The notes: generated by a model not told the origin, from the letters alone. Shown: positions 35,706 through 49,830, counted from the first letter of the whole stretch. The stretch: 60,869 nt of DNA, filler included, from Hausera hauseri (GCA_046269625.1; 12 parts of 12 records of this genome joined end to end with filler, not necessarily neighbours in it); one strand, 5' to 3'. Program-made: numbers and translations.

Positions 35706-36839
35706 CAACGATGGCGGATTAATTTCCTCATTGGACTTGTATTTTGTGCTTCGTTTTGTATTATAATGACAAAGTTGATTGACCGTATTTAATAACGACA
35801 GATTGTATTGTTATAATACGTTTGTTCATTTAAAATATATATTGTTTTGCTGCATTTGTTTTCATCAATCAATACAATTTATCTCGTGTGTTTGTTACAT
35901 TACAGTATAAATACTTGTGCTTCTTTACTGCATGATATTACGACATGTCTCATTTATCGCAACTCATTCGTTTATATCACTCCTTTGACGGTCTCTGAAA
36001 TCACCTTTACAATATTGATCGGCCTATACAATATGCTTGGTATTCTTCCGAAACGATACTCCTAAGTGCTGAGGAAAATTGGAAGGCACGAGAACCCTAC
36101 ATGCGACATATGAAGCATTTTGTTGATGACATGGATATCTTATTCAGTTTGATTTTTCGACATTATCAGAAATTGACGGATTATTATACGCTGTGATTAT
36201 ACACGTCACATACAGTTTGTAAATGATTTTGTCAAAGGTGATCAGATGGATTACGTCCCAGTGTGGCAGTAGCAGATCAGATTTGCTTCAAGCAACATTT
36301 TAATGTGTCAAATTCCGATGGACTTGTTCATTCTTCCGCAGAATTGGTAAATACGTGTGGCTTGTGTGATCCGAATTTATTAGAGACGATTTAATAAGTA
36401 AATAAAAGTTTGATATAGACTTGATTTTCTACAATGAATCATTCAACATATTGTCTTTCGTGTATAATGTATCACCATTAATGACCATAGGTATAATGTT
36501 CAATGATTATAAACACTGTCCATAAGCATTTTAATATTATTATACATGTATAAACATTACTACATTATCATGAAATCTAACTTTTTGAAATTTTTTTCTT
36601 AATGAATAAAGACGTAAAATACTTAAATTGCAACATTTATTGTTTTGTTTAATTAATTCATTATATTTATTCTTTACTGGATTCATTATATATGTTTAAA
36701 TGTCTTTTTCTACTTTAGGCTTTGCATATTGAAAAAGAATTAAACAAATGGTAAATTACAATTTTCATAAATGTAATTTTTTACCGTAAATTTTCCAGTC
36801 TTTTCCTTACAGCTACTGTCAGAATTCTATTCATTCCGA

Positions 36840-37322
36840 AGATTTTTTCCATGAATCCATGGTGAAATACTACGGAAAAAGATATGTCGGCTCAACGTAT
36901 TACATATGCCAATAACGTGAATCAGACTCGAGTTATCATATTTGGACATCTACAACCAACATAATCACCACCTCCAGTCGTTTACCAAATCGAAAAAAGA
37001 TATATTTTCCATCAAAAGAAATGATATTAATGCACAGAGGAAACCAATATACAATCATGTTGGTGAAAAACGTCGCCAACAGGTGCATAAGGAAGCATTT
37101 AATCGCAAAATGGTTACCCACTTTATTCCTGCAAGTGATCAGAACAGTCTCCCCGATTTGCTGCGATATTCGAAAAATGATGCAACCACAGACTTAAATG
37201 AAAATGTGTCAGAACTCAATGCACTGAAAGTTAACCTTGTTCTGAAGGCCGCGTTTGAAAAGATGGTGAATTGTCGAAAAGGGCTTTCAAAACAAGAAGC
37301 AAACCTATCCTGCAGTCCTTAG
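36840..37322 (+). pseudogene. polB: Polinton pPolB N-terminal fragment with one Cys/His repeat
   Basis: HESMVKYYG..TYYICQ..IYNQHNHHLQSFTKSKKDIF, then ELNALKVNLVLKAAF..AFKTRSKPIL, similar to 4368-5010. Confidence 0.65.
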
Positions 37323-38404
37323 AAATTACCAGTTTGACAAACGATTTCTCTTTATGATTTTTGAAGCTTTTCACAGTTATGACTTCTCGTAAGTAATTGT
37401 ACAGTTTTAATTTTCATATTATTATTTTTTGTGTGCTAATTATATTTATTGTCGTGATTAGTTGTTGACGTACGTAAATATCTAGGTAACATTAAGTTAT
37501 CGTTAAATAAAGTGGTATCTCTCGTCGACCAGGTCAAAACTACCTGAGGACCGCCCAAGTAATATAGAAAAATAAATCGTAGTAGTGGTATAAAAATGCC
37601 AGTTCTGGATCACCCCCGCGCCCCCATGCAGCCAATCTGAAGCGTGCTTTATGCGCACACCCGCACGGTCGGATGGAATCGGCGACGTAGATTTCGAAAA
37701 ACACACGTGCAAAGGTGCACGGTGCACCTCGGAAGAAGGGGAAGTGCACGAAAAAAGCGGATGTTAGAAGGAAGTGGTGCACGGTCATGCGTGACACACA
37801 GAAATGATGCGACACGGAAGACGCATCGAATGGCGAAGGAACAACGTCGATGGGATAGAGCACAGAAAAAAGGCCGAGGGCAATAAAGTGTTCCAGAACC
37901 GGCATATGGTTTCTGGGGAATGGGGACACGCTATCGAGGAGTCGACATCGGTCCCGCAGCAATTGGGCGGCGGGTATCCGAGCGGATCGGGAAGGAAAGT
38001 GCACGATGCACCCATGACATCACAGGCGCCCGTGTGTGTGCACTAATGAAGGAGGCCGACGTCGAGTAGCATATGGAACGAAAGCTCAAGGTGCGGGCTA
38101 TGCGATAACGGTGTCCGAATGGAAATCGGCCAATCCGGAACGGAAGTGCGAAGAGAAACATCGAAAATCGGCGGAAAAAATTTTTCGTCCAGAATTAAAC
38201 ATAATGGGGTTCAATCGATCGGTCATTGGTTACTGATTATGGATATGTGTGTCGCAAAGTTTTTACGCATCTCCATCAACGTACAGAAGAGGAAAAACGA
38301 ATTTNNNNNNNNNNNNNNNNNNNNNNNNNNNNNNNNNNNNNNNNNNNNTTAATTAATTAANNNNNNNNNNNNNNNNNNNNNNNNNNNNNNNNNNNNNNNN
38401 NNNN

Positions 38405-38892
38405 CAACAAAGGAGTCATCATATATAACCTACCTGGATGCCAACAACTTATACGGATGGGCAATGAGCGCCCCATTGCCACATGACAATTTCAAGTGGG
38501 TTGAGCATCCTGATGACATCCCTATTATGGACATGGACACAGCTGGAGATACGTGCTACATACTGGAGGTGGATATGGAATATCGAACTTCCATCCACAC
38601 AAGGCATGAACAGCTGCCTTTCCTCCCTGAATGCTGACCACCACCCAATGGAAAGCAGCGAAAGCTGCTTTGCCATTTGGGTAATAGGGATGGGTATGTA
38701 GTTCACTACATTAATCTCCAAAAGGCAGTTAAACGTGGACTCCGCATTACAAAGATACACAGAGCTCTCCAATTCAGCCAGTCCAAGTGGCTACAGTCCT
38801 ACATTAATCTAAACACCAAGTTGCGGACAAATGCCAAAAACGATTTTGAAGAAGACCAATTTAAACTGTATAATAACAGCGTTTTTGGCAAG
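38405..38892 (+). pseudogene. polB: Polinton pPolB catalytic fragment (motifs A and B)
   Basis: SSYITYLDANNLYGWAMS, YILEVDMEY, LPFLPE, YVVHYINL, FSQSKWLQSYINLNT, FKLYNNSVFGK. Confidence 0.93.
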
Positions 38893-39001
38893 AAAGGGAG
38901 CAGCAAAAATAAATAATAAGCAAATTTATTATTTATTTTTAATGTTTAATTATTGGATAAAAAAAATACTTTTAAAAACTCTTTAGACTTCAATTTAAAC
39001 T

Positions 39002-40075
39002 ATGTCCGACAAGAAACCAAATGAGCGCGAGAATTTCAATCCGCCGACTTTGCCGAGCAAAGTCTTCTTTTCTATGTAAAATGAAGAAACTGTTCTATTA
39101 CCTTCTAATCATATCGCGACTCCGGCGATATTATTATTAAAGTTAATCATCTCACGAATGAATTTGGTTAAGGTATTTTACATCCATGTTACAGCTGTTG
39201 AAACAACGTCATTCATTCGTCTCTGAAACCTATAATCACTTTTTTCTGAGAAAATTCGGTATCTGTGAAGAAAACAACTGATATTCCTCGTATCCTTCTT
39301 TCACATCTCGGTCAGCAGTATCAATTGTTTTAGTCCTGGTTTCCAAAATCGATTTTTGACTTTCCAACGCTGCAAATTAGGTTTTTCGAAACCCCTCAGA
39401 TTCCTGTCAAGTTTAGCGACCTCTTGATCCCTATGAATCAATAAAATACGGGCACTCTCGCTTTTGACATAGCCTCTAGATCGGGAAATACAATTAATAT
39501 TGGTTTCAACCGTAATTAAGGTCCCATCGTTTTTGTAACTCATTCGACTGTCGCTCAATAAGTCTTTCTTGGAGTACCAAAACTTTCTCCGGTCTAATCC
39601 TTAACCAAATCCCTGCGACTGTTTGTTCCTCAATTATCTGTTCGATGGTCGTTTGAAACGTACGAACTCATCTTATGTTAAGTAGATCCTATTCATGCAC
39701 AACAACCTTGCTGTATTTCACATATTCTCGTCGTTAACCCGAATAATAGTGCCCCGATACGCGAACAAATTTTATCTAACAGATTCGTCTACCTTCGTCT
39801 TTCCGTAGAACTTTTATTCAAATTTCTTGCTAGACTGGATCAGGACGAATAACAAGCCGTTGAACAAGAACTTTTGTCTAAGCGAATTCGTGTTGACCAT
39901 TTCATCAGAACTACTCGAAAATGAAAACAATTTCATCATCAAAACTTTCCCTGGAATCCAACTTTCGTATAAAAATTTCAAACTTACATCTGCGATTAAC
40001 AGACAATTTAGGAATTCAAGGATTCGAACTGTCAATACGATATTTTTTCTTAACAACCAAATAAGCATACATTAA
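39002..40075 (+). pseudogene. Decayed unidentified coding region (about 350 codons)
   Basis: Starts ATG TCC GAC AAG; long protein-like frames broken by isolated stops and two apparent frameshifts; no family recognised. Confidence 0.3.
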
Positions 40076-42319
40076 CCTTTAGGAGGGGGGCAGATTTTCC
40101 CATTGTGGAGGTCTCATGATTCATAATTAACGTAACTTTTATTTCTGAGGTGTGTTAGAAAGAACAGATTTTCTCTTGATAAAAATTATTGCTACAAAGG
40201 ATCAAAAAGTTGACCTCGATAAGTTTGTGCGTCAACCCACTCCCAACAAGGGTCTCCAGCATCAGCACCTTTGCAGAAGTCTTTCGTGAGGGGGATTTTA
40301 TTAAATCAAATATCCAAAATTTACGTACTGAAAAAAAAACTGCAATCGATTACAAAATTATGAATTTTTATTCAACAACAAAATGTCCGCAAAGAATTGT
40401 TTTTTTTGAAACCAAACGTTGATTTTTTTATTCACATATTAAAACAAATTGATTTTTTACACACCATAGAATTTTCCACAAGGTCGGGCGAATTCGGCTC
40501 TTGTGTATCTGCTATCCGGCAATTATAGAAATGAAGTTTTTTGTTTTTGGCAAAAATTCCCTTTTTTGTTCGATACGTATTTGGAGAGACTTGATATTCG
40601 AGGAATTTTGTTTTTAATGATTTGAGAACGTCATCAACAACGCTTCTGGCCAAACAAACCCTTTTAACATTGATGTTATTTATATGAAATATTGGATGAT
40701 GAAATTTATATAGAATGTGTTACCATTGGGTTTTAGGACAATGGGAAAATAGATTTGTCTCCTTCAGAACAGATAAACTGAATGTCCAATGATGATTTTC
40801 CAATACTGATTCATTCTTGTACAGGGTGGACAAAAATATGATGTGCTAATGAGGAAAACCCTGTTTAAACCGGGATGATCAATATCATGACATATTGTAT
40901 TGATGAGACTGCAAAATACATAGTTCAATTGATAGCCTGAGTTGCATCTGTGGCATGAATGGCATTGTAATACGGATTTGATTGGTGATAAGGTTTTCAA
41001 TGATAACATGCAATTATTGATCGGTAGATCGGCAAATGTCGTCCGACGGCAAGACTCCACGACGGATAACAAACGGCCACGGCCACCGACACCATCGGGG
41101 CGAGAACACCGCACCCGGTTGTACACAGCCAAATGGGCCACGGGGCAACACAGTAACCCAGGAACCAAGGTCGATATTAGTATCTGTTTTCTCATTTATC
41201 CATAAACGTAAATACTTCCAAAATCATCATCCTTCTGGGGATTACATTATTCCTATTTTGTATTTTCCAGTCAGGAATCGTTAAATAAACTCCGAAATTG
41301 AATTGAAAATCGCGTCAAAAATCTTTATTTGTCAGATTGCACTTCACAATTCTTTTTTTAAAGTTTTATCACACCCCCCCCTCCTCTAACACATTTAAAC
41401 AACAATATATAAAAATGGTGCCTCAGTCAACTATATGTACAGAAACAGAGCATTGTAACAACTGACGAAAGACAAGAAATTAGTGAAAAGATGCTGTAGC
41501 TACTCGGTTTTTGGAAGAGGTCGAACTTGATGCCGAAATTAAAAGGAGTTACATTCGTCACTGGATCTGTCTCAAAGGACTATATGACACTGACGTCTTA
41601 TTCTGGGATAATCCAGGCGTACATGCGTTTGTTGGATAAGAAAAGAACAGAAGTTCTTAAATAGAGAAGTCGATATGAAATCGGTGTGGAAAAATTACAG
41701 AGTACAACTTCAGACAGATCTGTGATGCAAAGAAAACTCCACGATTATCAGCCAAAGCTGGTGCAGGTCAGTAAAGAAGTTTACGCGGTTGTTATTATTA
41801 AAAAGCAACAAAAGTATGTAAATAGTGAAACGAGAAAAAGTTGTTGAAGCCTATGAGGCAGTTATTGGAGACCGAACGAGAGTTGCCGAAACAATCCAAA
41901 ATGAAGGTGACTATAATATAATCAAACGGGAAAATCATATAAAAGTTCCCAGAGTTTTAAACCGATGTTTCAATTAACTGAATCCGACTTTTTAATGAAG
42001 ACTTTGCACAATTCGGGTGTAAATTGCGATTTTTCCAAATAACTGTATGGATTAATTTCAGCTTTGTCCATGAATTTTTTAAAAAGTTACTGGTCGACGC
42101 CAACCGAACAAGAACCAAAAGGTATCGACTGATGGACCAGTTGCCGAAAATGGTGGTGGCGCCTGCAACTACGGCAACACAGTGACAGTGGTCTTGCCGA
42201 AGCTTTTCGAAACTTAGGACCGATTCTAAAAGCTCTGGAAACCTTGACACATGCTGATATTGCCATCGCAAAAACTATGATGTTACAACCAAAGGATGTT
42301 TATGGAAACAGTGTAAATC

Positions 42320-42730
42320 CGACAGATAAATGATCCAGGTAGGTTAAGAAAGAAGGTCGAAGATTTTTGGGGTTCAACGAAGCAACTTAAAAAAACCTTA
42401 TGAAGGAAATAACATCCATATTGATTATGTTAAGCTCATGCATACAAAGTATATTGTGAATGAGGAGTTAACGACAGACAGAGCTGCTGAGAGTCTCCAT
42501 AAATGGGTTTATGCCATTTACAAATATGACGAGGTGGTTAAGGTTGTAGCTCTCAAATGGATCGCTCTGGAAAGGGTTTTGGGAGAATACAACGGGGTCA
42601 CGAACTCCTGGAGTAAAAAGAGTGCTACCCTCAAAGCAGGACATGAGAAACGGAAAATACCCACAAAGGTATTGAAAAATAATAAGCGGGAGAAATTAGA
42701 TTCAGAAGATGAAGTTGATCTGTGCTCGGA
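42320..42730 (+). pseudogene. Axonemal dynein heavy chain stalk/MTBD fragment (DNAH3/7/12-like), decayed
   Basis: INDPGRLRKKVEDFWGSTKQL, AAESLHKWVYAIYKYDEVVKVVALK, EKLDSEDEVDLCS. Confidence 0.75.
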
Positions 42731-45009
42731 ATTTTCGGAATTTAAATGGGTATTTTAAAATGCTACACAGAAATGTGGTCCCAATGTATTAAAATCACAT
42801 CTGATGCGATTAATTCCACGGATTTGATTGTTTATTACGTATTAACCATGTTGATGTGGCTATAATATTTTTGGAAGAAGAAAAAGTTAATCTGTCGAGT
42901 GAAGAAAAGCGTACTTTAGAAGAAGTGACAGTTATTATCAGATCAACCAAAAATCATCAGTTTCAGTCATTAAAAGAATGGGTTCATCTCAATAAAAATA
43001 AATTGTCTGAAAGCCAACTTATTGAATTTTGTTATATTGTATATAAAATGAAACTCCTTAATTATCCGTCGAGAAATCCGAATGAATCTTATAATTGAAT
43101 GGCCTAAAAGAATGGCAGTCCATGCACGATCATTTCAACCGATCTTAGCCTTCATCCGTTATCCACTCTCTTTTCTAATTGAATAAGAAACGAGTGCAGA
43201 AACTATTTCTTTACCCTGGTTTCACAATGAAACTTGTTAAATATCGTTACGACGGAATTGTTGCCAGTTTACTTAACCAAATTGAAAAAAAATATCCAAA
43301 ATTGCTCAGAGACTACATTATTAAATGGAGCTGCATACGGGAGGGTTGGTGCATAATCACCGAATTTGCCCGACATTGTAAATATATTTACAGTTTATTT
43401 TTTGTTTAAAAAATACAAAAAAATCGGAATGAAAAAATTGAATTTGAATTTACTGTCCGACTTTTTTATGCTGATTGACATTATCGATTAAAAGTAGTAT
43501 TTTGTGGTCGTCGTTGCAAAAACTTCTACAAATACAAATTTTGAATTGATTCAGCTACTTTTGGTTTTTACGTTATTCTGCGTGCCATTCCTTTTGGTAT
43601 CATGAATGACGGTCATAATTTCGATAGATTATTTTCAAATTCTTATTGATGAACTACGTTAATAAAGAAATTGTATATTTAGTTTTGCATATTGAGAAAC
43701 TCTGGGTTGTTTGAATTAATTAAATGAAAAAAGTAGTTGGCAGAAATTTGAAAAAAAAACCACAGTGTTTGAATTTGAATTTTGAAAAATTTTTGAAAGG
43801 CTTAATTGACATTTCTGTAAATAACGAAAATACCAACTTTATGACAAAAGTATCGGTTTGGTTGTTAAACAGGAGTTAACGTATGATCAATGTTATATCC
43901 TGATCGAAATTATTTGTGTGAATGAGGTATCGAATATAAGTCGGACGTACAAACATATCCTCATTCTAGATGTACGAAGAATTCTAGACACACTTGTTGA
44001 TGAACAAAAAAGTTTTACAGATTGTCCCAACGGAATGTTATATCGTTTCAGTATTGTTAAAGAAATGCTCCTGCAGCAACGGGAAAAATAAGATACGAGA
44101 AATATCAGATGTTATTTCTATAGAAAAAGTGTATGAAATATTAAAACCGCCGAATAATTTCGAATTATGTAATATCCTCAAATTAGCGATTAAATATCGA
44201 TCAAGGGTACCGTTTAATATTTACTGATGGTAATAGACTCAAAGTCGACGTTTCGACTTTAGAATTCCTCAGTCTATGTATAGATGGAATAAACGAAACG
44301 CTGATTACGTCACAGATCGAAGGAACATTATAAAAGGCTATCGTGACATTNNNNNNNNNNNNNNNNNNNNNNNNNNNNNNNNNNNNNNNNNNNNTTAATT
44401 AATTAANNNNNNNNNNNNNNNNNNNNNNNNNNNNNNNNNNNNNNNNNNNNCAAGTCCCTCTTAAAGAGCGACGGAAAAACTATAAGAAATTTTACAACAA
44501 AATATATTAACAACAAGAAAATATACCACAAATTAATATCAGAATCGTTCAGCAATATATGAAGTTCACAAATCAGTTCACGAATATTGTCAATACTAAT
44601 CGTCGAATACTGGAATTGTTCTGATCCGTTTCTAACTTGGTAAATTTGCAACTCTCAATTGTTCAATTCTCATTCTACTCTCTGCTATATATATATCATT
44701 GCACCATCTGTTTATTTCTTTTCCCATGTTTTATCATATTATTTACATAGATTATTTTCTCATATAACCACTATTTATAATTATTTTCCCATCTGTTGAC
44801 AATATATACAGTCCTTTTTCTGCTAAATCAATACCAGGTGTGAATAATTCAATATTAAAAAATGGCAATTTACATTCCTTTTTCTCACAAAAATCAATAT
44901 CAACAATGGTAAATTCACACAAAATCAACATAAATTTTCACACTGTTTTTATGGGAATTTTGATCAATTCACTCACACTATACTACATAAGTAAGCTTCT
45001 GGTTAGCAG

Positions 45010-45997
45010 CCTTCATAACATTATATTCTCCAGTCAATAACTTGATAATGCTGCGACTGATTGATCAATACGCTGACGTTGATAAGAAAACTGCAGCAGT
45101 TACTGACCGCAAAATGCGGTTACATTTATGGTATATCAGTGAAGATATTGCTGCACTATCATAGTTCAGTGATAATGCCAGTGAAGACACCAAGGAGGAA
45201 ATCGTTAATGTCTTGAAGAAAGAACCATTTGCTGATGATCTTCGTCGTATTGCACCAAACAAAGTAGCTGAGTTTCAGAAAACGTGTCTTGCAGATTTTG
45301 TCATACAACGTTCACTCAACCTCTTCCAAGCTTTGCATCTACCTTAAGGTTTTTTGACCGTTCCTTTAAGTACGTGGTGAGACCAAGTTGACTACAACTC
45401 TGCCTGCAAGATTGTACGGGCCGTTGAAGGAGTCAACGATTGTTCTGAAAGAGCGGAAAATTGACAACTGACTTCAATAAAGTCCTGACCAAGAATACAG
45501 AGCAACGTGATTTGCTCTACCGAGTCGTAGAGTACCATCGCAAGATCCTTCCAACTAATTCAACCAAAAGACAGACAGTGTGCCTCGATTTACAAACTGT
45601 GCACCAAGCATAGCAAGGCATAGTGCAGCACTGTTGAGCTCGGCTTAATGCCATTTGACAGTGCTACGAAGATGTATACTTTTATGTTGTTAATGTACTT
45701 ACAAATTGGTATTCAACTTGTGACAATGCTTTTTTCTTTATTTAACTATTTGCATTAAATAAAGTCAACCTCAGTAGTTAGCAATATAATGTTATGGACT
45801 GGTGGTACTGGTTACACGAAACGTCGCGAAAATGGCAGAAAACGGCGAAAATTCCACATTTTTTTAATTTTCATTTTCTTTGGGGGACCAGTCATCATAT
45901 TATCATAATTTATTTTCTGTGGTATAATTACGTCAAATCTCCTCAAATTACAGAGTGCGCGATACTAAAATTGAAAAATTTTTTTAGGTTACTCTAA
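45010..45997 (+). mobile_element. hATm-like transposon 3' part
   Basis: LHLWYISEDIAALS, VNDCSERA, TDFNKVLTKN..LYRVVEYHRK; same motif series as 25410-25800; candidate end ..GGTTACTCTAA. Confidence 0.7.
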
Positions 45998-47624
45998 TCC
46001 CCATCTTTACATTATTCGTCGGCCAATCCGTTACCGTTCGGCTATTCATAGGCCAATTATTACTGAACTGTAATCCGTTATGCGCTGACGGTCATAAACC
46101 ATATGACTATTCTGGATCACTTTTCCCCATCCCCCTTGCAACTGCATTTCATCCAATTAACCCGATTCCTTCATCATTCAATGCGCCTTCCGCTGCCGAT
46201 CATTTCTACGCGTCATACATGGTGATTCATCATCTCCCTCTAACATCCTCATTTTTTCCATCCTTCTTCAGCCTCTGGAATTAATCGTACTAACTATTAC
46301 TCATCACTTTTGAACTCTCCGTGCTCAAATTGGCCAAACCCCGATTGTTCAATTTCCCATATCTCCGTACCCTCTGCGCACGGGGGTGGCGCAGGACCGG
46401 AATTTTTATATTACTTTCGTCGTGCCCTGGACGAAGGTACATTTGTTTGAGAATAGAAATAAATGATCGACAAAATATATAATCTATTCCTAAGTCTCGT
46501 TTTCCCGTAATATGAATTTGCTTCAGAAAAGCTTGAAATTAGCATAGATTCTGTAATGATATTTAGACGGTTATTAGTTGAATCAACGTTGACATCTGAC
46601 TGTACACAAACGACTGGTAGTTTGATTTGTCGATTTTGACGGGGTGGAGCAGGACCGGTATTTGTATACTACTAACGAAATAATCAACATTGTTCCGATG
46701 ATTTCCTTTAAACATTTCCAGAATAGAGATGATTTATTGTCGAATCCAAACCATCTTCTAACTAACGATATTGCCCATATGCATGTAAAAATTGTAGGAG
46801 TGCTATCACAGAACAGATCCATACAGGTGAAGATCAAGTTTTCCAATGAATTAAAAATATTACGGAGTAAAGAAATGAATTTTTTATATCTCAGAGCATT
46901 ATTTCTCTTCTGATGGAAAGGAAAAATTTTCGTGTGAAAACGTATCCGATCGAAGACTTTTTCGACTGTTTTAATTTTCTGACGGATTTGGAGAATTACT
47001 TCTGTGAAACGGTAGATAAAAATCAAACGCGACTTTATCCGGTTTGTTGGTCGAAGTTCGGTTGCAGGTTACTGTCGTTGTAAGAAACGAAGTTAACATT
47101 CGCGTGTTGAAAAGTTTTGTCTATCTGCTGTACAATACGTGTTTTGATGATTTCAAGAAATACTTTATTGCACTTTCTTCTCCTGTTATACGTTTACTGT
47201 CCGTGTCTCAAAAGCATTTTTTCATGAACAATTGGCCACATTTTATGATGATATATTTATAATAAACAAGTGTGGAGTTTGTTACACGGTTACCTCATCC
47301 GACCTTATTGCAAAATTATTGTATAATGTAATTTTGTTTCAGTATTACACAAGATGGTTTGAAATTTAATTTTTATTCTGAAAGAGGACATATTTATTCC
47401 ATTGATTAATTGATTGATAAATACAGTTGAGCAATTTTACTTTTTGTTCATTTTGTAATTACGCAGTCCAGTTTATACGAAATAAAAGATTTTTCAGGAC
47501 GTTTACTTTTGTTTCAGCATTCTCTTTTGGGACAAGTTCATGTGACTAGTGCTCAAAACAGAATTATTTTCTAACAGGCTCAAATCTTCAAGACTTTGTT
47601 TAAGGTTGAAAGCAACCTTTTGTA

Positions 47625-48886
47625 TTAATAATTTCTCAGTTTGATCCAAATTTGTCTTTTCTGTTGTCTCAAGACTATTCTGTGTACCACACAGTAAGCT
47701 ACATCAAGGTCACCTTCATTGCACTTTAAACTACACTGCACTAAACTACATTCTTCTGGTGACCTCACTGACAAGTCTGAAGAATGACCATGGGCTTTAC
47801 ACAATGCTTCAAATCTTTCTTCATCACCACAACTAATCAGTGTTTCTTCTTGCAGTCTTGCTATCTCTTCAGCTTCTGATGCAGCATTCTGAAATAAGAC
47901 TACAGAGAAATCGTCTGTTTTTAACAAATGTGATGTTCTGTTCTCAAGTGTTGCTTCAGTATCCATTAGGTTCCAGTTTTCAGAATTGCCTCTAAATGTG
48001 TGACCAGCAAACGCATATTGCATGCAGTAGATATCATCTAATGACTTTGAAAGCCTGCCAGGAAATCTTCTTTTCTGCTTTCTTCTATGTGGAGATGCAG
48101 ACTCACTAACTGCCAAAATAGCATCTATATGTCTTTCAGGGAATCGACCACGTGGACGAGATAAAAGCAAAGGAAATGGATAAATATTGTTGTCTGAAAC
48201 TCTTTGTTCTCTTGCAGGTTTCTGGTAATGTACAATATTTTCCTTTCTGTCTATGGCACTGAGAATGATTTCCTTTTCACCATCTAAGTCCTCAGTCTCC
48301 AGAGTTGATAGGCTATCATCATTGAATGGTGAATCTTTTGCATTACTTGTTGACTTTGCAGTCTGTTGATTAGTGTCTAGCAATAGCTTTTTCTTGTCCA
48401 TTCTGTTTGAATATGAATATGGTAACATTGTGTTGTCCAATGTTCTTCCTACACGACCTGAAGTGACATGATGTGGCAATCCACTGTGAGACGTATGCAT
48501 CAAAATGTGGCTAACTCTTGGAGAAAGGTTTGGAGATTCAGGTTCTGTGCAGTAGTCAGAACTGATGGCAGAGTCACTTAAACTTCTGACTCTGTGCTGA
48601 AACTCATGTATTCTCAGTTTCTTTGTGCCAGATTTATTAACCATTTCTTCTGCACTGTCACCAATATCTGATGTTTCCATTTCATCTAGAATATCCACTT
48701 TAACTGTCAAATCATCTCTAACTTGACCAGTTTTCTGAGACGCTTGCAGAGAGGGATTTTCTGAATATTTCACCTGTGAATTAAATACATTATCTGATCC
48801 AGGTGATACAATGTTTTCACTTGAGTCACTTTGTCTTGGGGACTGTTGAGGTGTTGTATACATTGAAGTGTCAGATCCACTGGATC
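47625..48886 (-). CDS. Intact large (probably terminal) exon of an unidentified host gene, Ser/Asp/Glu-rich
   Basis: 412+ codons without a stop; acceptor TTTTGAATTTACAG ending at 48887; CpG-poor coding composition; RVRSLSD and LSKSLDD phospho-like motifs. Confidence 0.7.
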
Positions 48887-49329
48887 CTGTAAATTCAAAA
48901 GTGTACAGACCACAAGNNNNNNNNNNNNNNNNNNNNNNNNNNNNNNNNNNNNNNNNNNNNTTAATTAATTAANNNNNNNNNNNNNNNNNNNNNNNNNNNN
49001 NNNNNNNNNNNNNNNNTGGAGAGTCATTTATTATATGACAAGAGGTGTTGTGACTTGAGTATAATTTGCTGTATGATATGGCTGTGGAGTGTTGGCTACT
49101 GTAATATAAAAGTAGATACAATTGAATATTACCTCCAGCAAAATTGGGTTGTCGTGGATGTCGCGGAGGATACTCTTTGGCCAGAGAGATTCCCATCTAT
49201 CAGTGTGGTATCACCAGTGGGTAGTATAGTGACACAAAAATTATCTCGATTGAGAATCCTACCATACATTTGATAGGTGACAACTGTCACTCATCATTTG
49301 TTTGATGAACTGTTCGTTTGGTGGGAAAA

Positions 49330-49570
49330 AGGCTGCGTTGTCTGTATATACAAGCAGTTTTTGTTCACCTTTCGCTTGTATGAACATGCTTTGATATTTT
49401 CGACCTGTCTAATTTTCGCTAGAAGGGGTTCGAGGGCCAGGCCATAGAGTAGAGGTGATAGGGGACAACCCTGTCTGATAGATCTGGTTTATCTGAAAGT
49501 CCATTAATTGAATGATTTACTAAGACGTTGCTCTCGATTTCCGTCTAGAGGATCTTACTCCATTCACCAT
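49330..49570 (-). mobile_element. L1/Tx1-clade non-LTR reverse transcriptase fragment
   Basis: TRSIRQGCPLSPLLYGLALEPLL. Confidence 0.8.
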
Positions 49571-49599
49571 AAAACTTAATACAAGAAAAGAGACAAGGA

Positions 49600-49830
49600 G
49601 GAATAGCTCTCCAGGGCATAAAAACCAAAATCCAAGCACTCACTTGACACTAAGGAAAGCATTTGACAAAGTTTGGACAATGTGCAAAACCAAGCACTCC
49701 GAATCATCACAGGTGCAATTAAATCCGCACCTATTACAAAAAAAAATGGAAGAAGCAACTGGTATAATGCCATTTAAAGAACAAAGAGATATAAAGGTAA
49801 TGAATGATTCAAGGAGTAAAATACAATAGC
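49600..49830 (+). mobile_element. I-group non-LTR fragment (RT-to-RNase H linker)
   Basis: VQNQALRIITGAIKSAPI..MEEATGIMP. Confidence 0.65.

Noticed and set aside
42856-44227. Series of short AT-rich ORFs as a gene
   Set aside because: Possibly a decayed coding region, but no motif could be recognised to support a call.
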